25,028 nucleotides of DNA, taken from a virus. Taxonomy: Duplodnaviria > Caudoviricetes. A program made the position numbers and the translations under genes. This document shows positions 23,323 to 25,028 of the stretch, in pieces. The notes under the pieces were generated by a model. The model was not told the origin of the DNA and made no database searches. It worked only from the letters and a program-made list of their open reading frames with translations. The stretch is taken from IMG/VR virus record IMGVR_UViG_3300003830_000036, positions 1-25,028 of that record; one strand, 5' to 3'. The number at the start of each line of letters is the position of its first letter. The stretch's first letter is position 1.

Positions 23323-24276
23323 ATGGCCACCTCAAAGACCACCACCAAAACCATCGCCATCAATCACATCAGAATCGATGGAAATACGCAGAGCCGCTGC
23401 ACCATCAATCAAGAAGTCGTGGCCGAATATGCCGCACTCCTGTCCGATCATGTGATTCTTCCGTCAATCACCTTGTTTTTTGACGGTGCTGAATACTGGC
23501 TGGCTGACGGCTTCCACCGGCTACATGCACACCGGGCCAACAAAAAGACCCACTGCATTGCCGAGGTCCACAAGGGAACCCAGCGCGATGCCGTCCTGTA
23601 CTCCCTCAATGCCAACGTGCCACACGGTTTGAACCTGTCGTCTGAGGACAAGCGCAAAGGCGTATTGACCATGCTGGCCGACCCGGAGTGGTCCGAGCTG
23701 TCCGACCGCGCCATCGCTCGCCATTGCGGCTGCTCCCACATGACCGTGGGCCGGTTGCGCAACCCGGAGCAAGCCGAAGCTGCCCCAAAAAGTGGAACAA
23801 GTGCCACTGCAAAGCCGACCGAAAGTGGAACAAGTGCCACCGAACAAGCCACTGCGACTGGAACAAGTGCCACACCCATCACGCTTGACTCGCCTCAGAC
23901 CAGTGGAACAAGTGCCAAAACTGAACCCACTGCCAAGACCCAGGCACAACTGGCAGCCGAACAAAATGCCGCCGACGCCCATGGCGACTCTGACCCCATC
24001 GCCATGCTGGAAGAAGCACAAAAGCAGATTGAGGGCTTGCAGAAGGAGTTGTTCGCCCTGAGTGCAGATGACCAGCGCGCCGAGACATTGAAATACAAGC
24101 GTATTGCCGATGTGGCCACCAGGCGCCAGAACGAGCTGATGGACACGGTGAATGCCCGCGAGAAGGAATTGCAGCGCATGGCCAACTGGCTGCGCCGCAT
24201 TGGTACTGCACTGGGCGAGGATGACAACGCCAAATTGCCAGCCTTGGTGGAAGCCATGGCACGCAAGGTGAAGTAA
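23323..24276 (+). CDS. ParB/Srx-like N-terminal domain + HTH + coiled-coil protein
   Basis: LADGFHRLHA (GxxR motif), NANVPHGLNLS.EDKRK, HTH LSDRAIARHCGCSHMTVGRLR, S/T/A-rich linker, heptad-rich C-terminus. Start at ATG 23323. Confidence 0.85.
   Translation: MATSKTTTKTIAINHIRIDGNTQSRCTINQEVVAEYAALLSDHVILPSITLFFDGAEYWLADGFHRLHAHRANKKTHCIAEVHKGTQRDAVLYSLNANVPHGLNLSSEDKRKGVLTMLADPEWSELSDRAIARHCGCSHMTVGRLRNPEQAEAAPKSGTSATAKPTESGTSATEQATATGTSATPITLDSPQTSGTSAKTEPTAKTQAQLAAEQNAADAHGDSDPIAMLEEAQKQIEGLQKELFALSADDQRAETLKYKRIADVATRRQNELMDTVNAREKELQRMANWLRRIGTALGEDDNAKLPALVEAMARKVK
23791..23917 (+). repeat. Cluster of four 16-bp motif copies inside the ParB-like gene
   Basis: AGTGGAACAAGTGCCA at 23791, 23824 and 23902, and ACTGGAACAAGTGCCA at 23857. 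Confidence 0.97.
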
Positions 24277-24278
24277 TC

Positions 24279-25028
24279 ATGGCCGCACTTGAACTTCGGC
24301 CAGAACAGCAGCAGGTTGTTGATGACATCAGCGCCGCTTTTCGCGCTGGGTACAAGCGCGTCATGGTGTCCGCAGCTTGCGGATTTGGCAAGACCGAGTT
24401 GGCCACTGCCATCTTGCAAGCTGCCAAGAAAAACAACAAACGTTCAGGCTTTCTGGCTGACCGCATCAGCTTGTGCACACAGACCTCTGAGCGCTTTGAT
24501 AAGTACGGTCTTGACCACGGCATGATGCAGGCCAGCCACTGGCGCTGCAAGCCCGCCGAACTGGTGCAGATTTGCAGCGTGCAGACCCTGGCCCGCCGAG
24601 CGTGGCCGGAAATGAGTCTGATCGTGGTGGACGAGGCCCATGTGCTGAATGATGCAGTCAAGAAAAAGCTGACTGCCAAGGACTGCTACGCCATTGGCTT
24701 GTCTGCCACTGCAGTCACCCCAGGCTTGGGTAAATACTTTGACACCGTGGTCAATGCGCCAACCACAAACCGCCTAATTGAAATGGGCCGACTGGTGCCA
24801 TTGCGCTACTTTGCTTGCACCGCCCCCGATATGGATGGCGTCAAGGTTGTGGCCGGGGAATGGGACTCCAAGGAAACCGACAAGCGCGCATTGCAAGTTG
24901 TTGGCGATGTCGTCAAGGAATACTTGTTGAATGGGCAGGGAAAGAAGTTCATTGGCTTTGCCGCCTCCATTGCACACGCCCAGGAACTGCAGCGCCAGTT
25001 TTTGGCCAGCGGCATCAATGTGGCCACC
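24279..25028 (+). CDS. SF2 DEAD/DEAH-box helicase (runs off the window's right edge)
   Basis: Manual translation: Q-motif LRPEQ, Walker A AACGFGKT, Walker B LIVVDEAH, motif III GLSAT. Confidence 0.9.
   Translation, partial: MAALELRPEQQQVVDDISAAFRAGYKRVMVSAACGFGKTELATAILQAAKKNNKRSGFLADRISLCTQTSERFDKYGLDHGMMQASHWRCKPAELVQICSVQTLARRAWPEMSLIVVDEAHVLNDAVKKKLTAKDCYAIGLSATAVTPGLGKYFDTVVNAPTTNRLIEMGRLVPLRYFACTAPDMDGVKVVAGEWDSKETDKRALQVVGDVVKEYLLNGQGKKFIGFAASIAHAQELQRQFLASGINVAT

Noticed and set aside
23791-23917. CRISPR array interpretation of the repeat cluster
   Set aside because: The repeats are only 16 bp with 17-29-bp spacers, in frame inside an ORF, and no cas genes are visible.
3805-23917. 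The 16-mer as a LexA box, CI operator or Pasteurellaceae uptake sequence
   Set aside because: It does not fit CTGT-N8-ACAG or GAAC-N4-GTTC, it never lies at promoters, it differs from the OR/OL sites, and it shares only AAGTGC with AAGTGCGGT.

Overview
This window is part of a temperate, short-tailed (podovirus-type) phage or prophage, probably of a betaproteobacterial host (inferred from gene families and leader style). From left to right it holds: a minus-strand morphogenesis operon (tail protein split in two, two adaptor-type genes, decoration protein, N4-gp56-type major capsid, CsrA-like protein, scaffold, portal, TerL, TerS); a three-gene plus-strand island; a leftward early operon (DUF1566, KTSC, PD-(D/E)xK nuclease, Bet recombinase, small ORFs); a lambdoid cI/cro switch with operators spaced 23 bp apart; and a rightward early operon ending in a ParB-like/HTH gene and an SF2 helicase. 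The most striking unexplained signal is the quasi-palindromic 16-mer AGTGGAACAAGTGCCA. It occurs 12 times exactly, plus 2-3 variants, always inside genes and on the sense strand, and is read in two different frames (VEQVP or SGTSA). Four copies are clustered inside the ParB-like gene, which suggests a phage-encoded ParB/parS-like or iteron system with genome-wide sites hidden in protein linkers. All calls come from reading the sequence by eye; no database searches were run.
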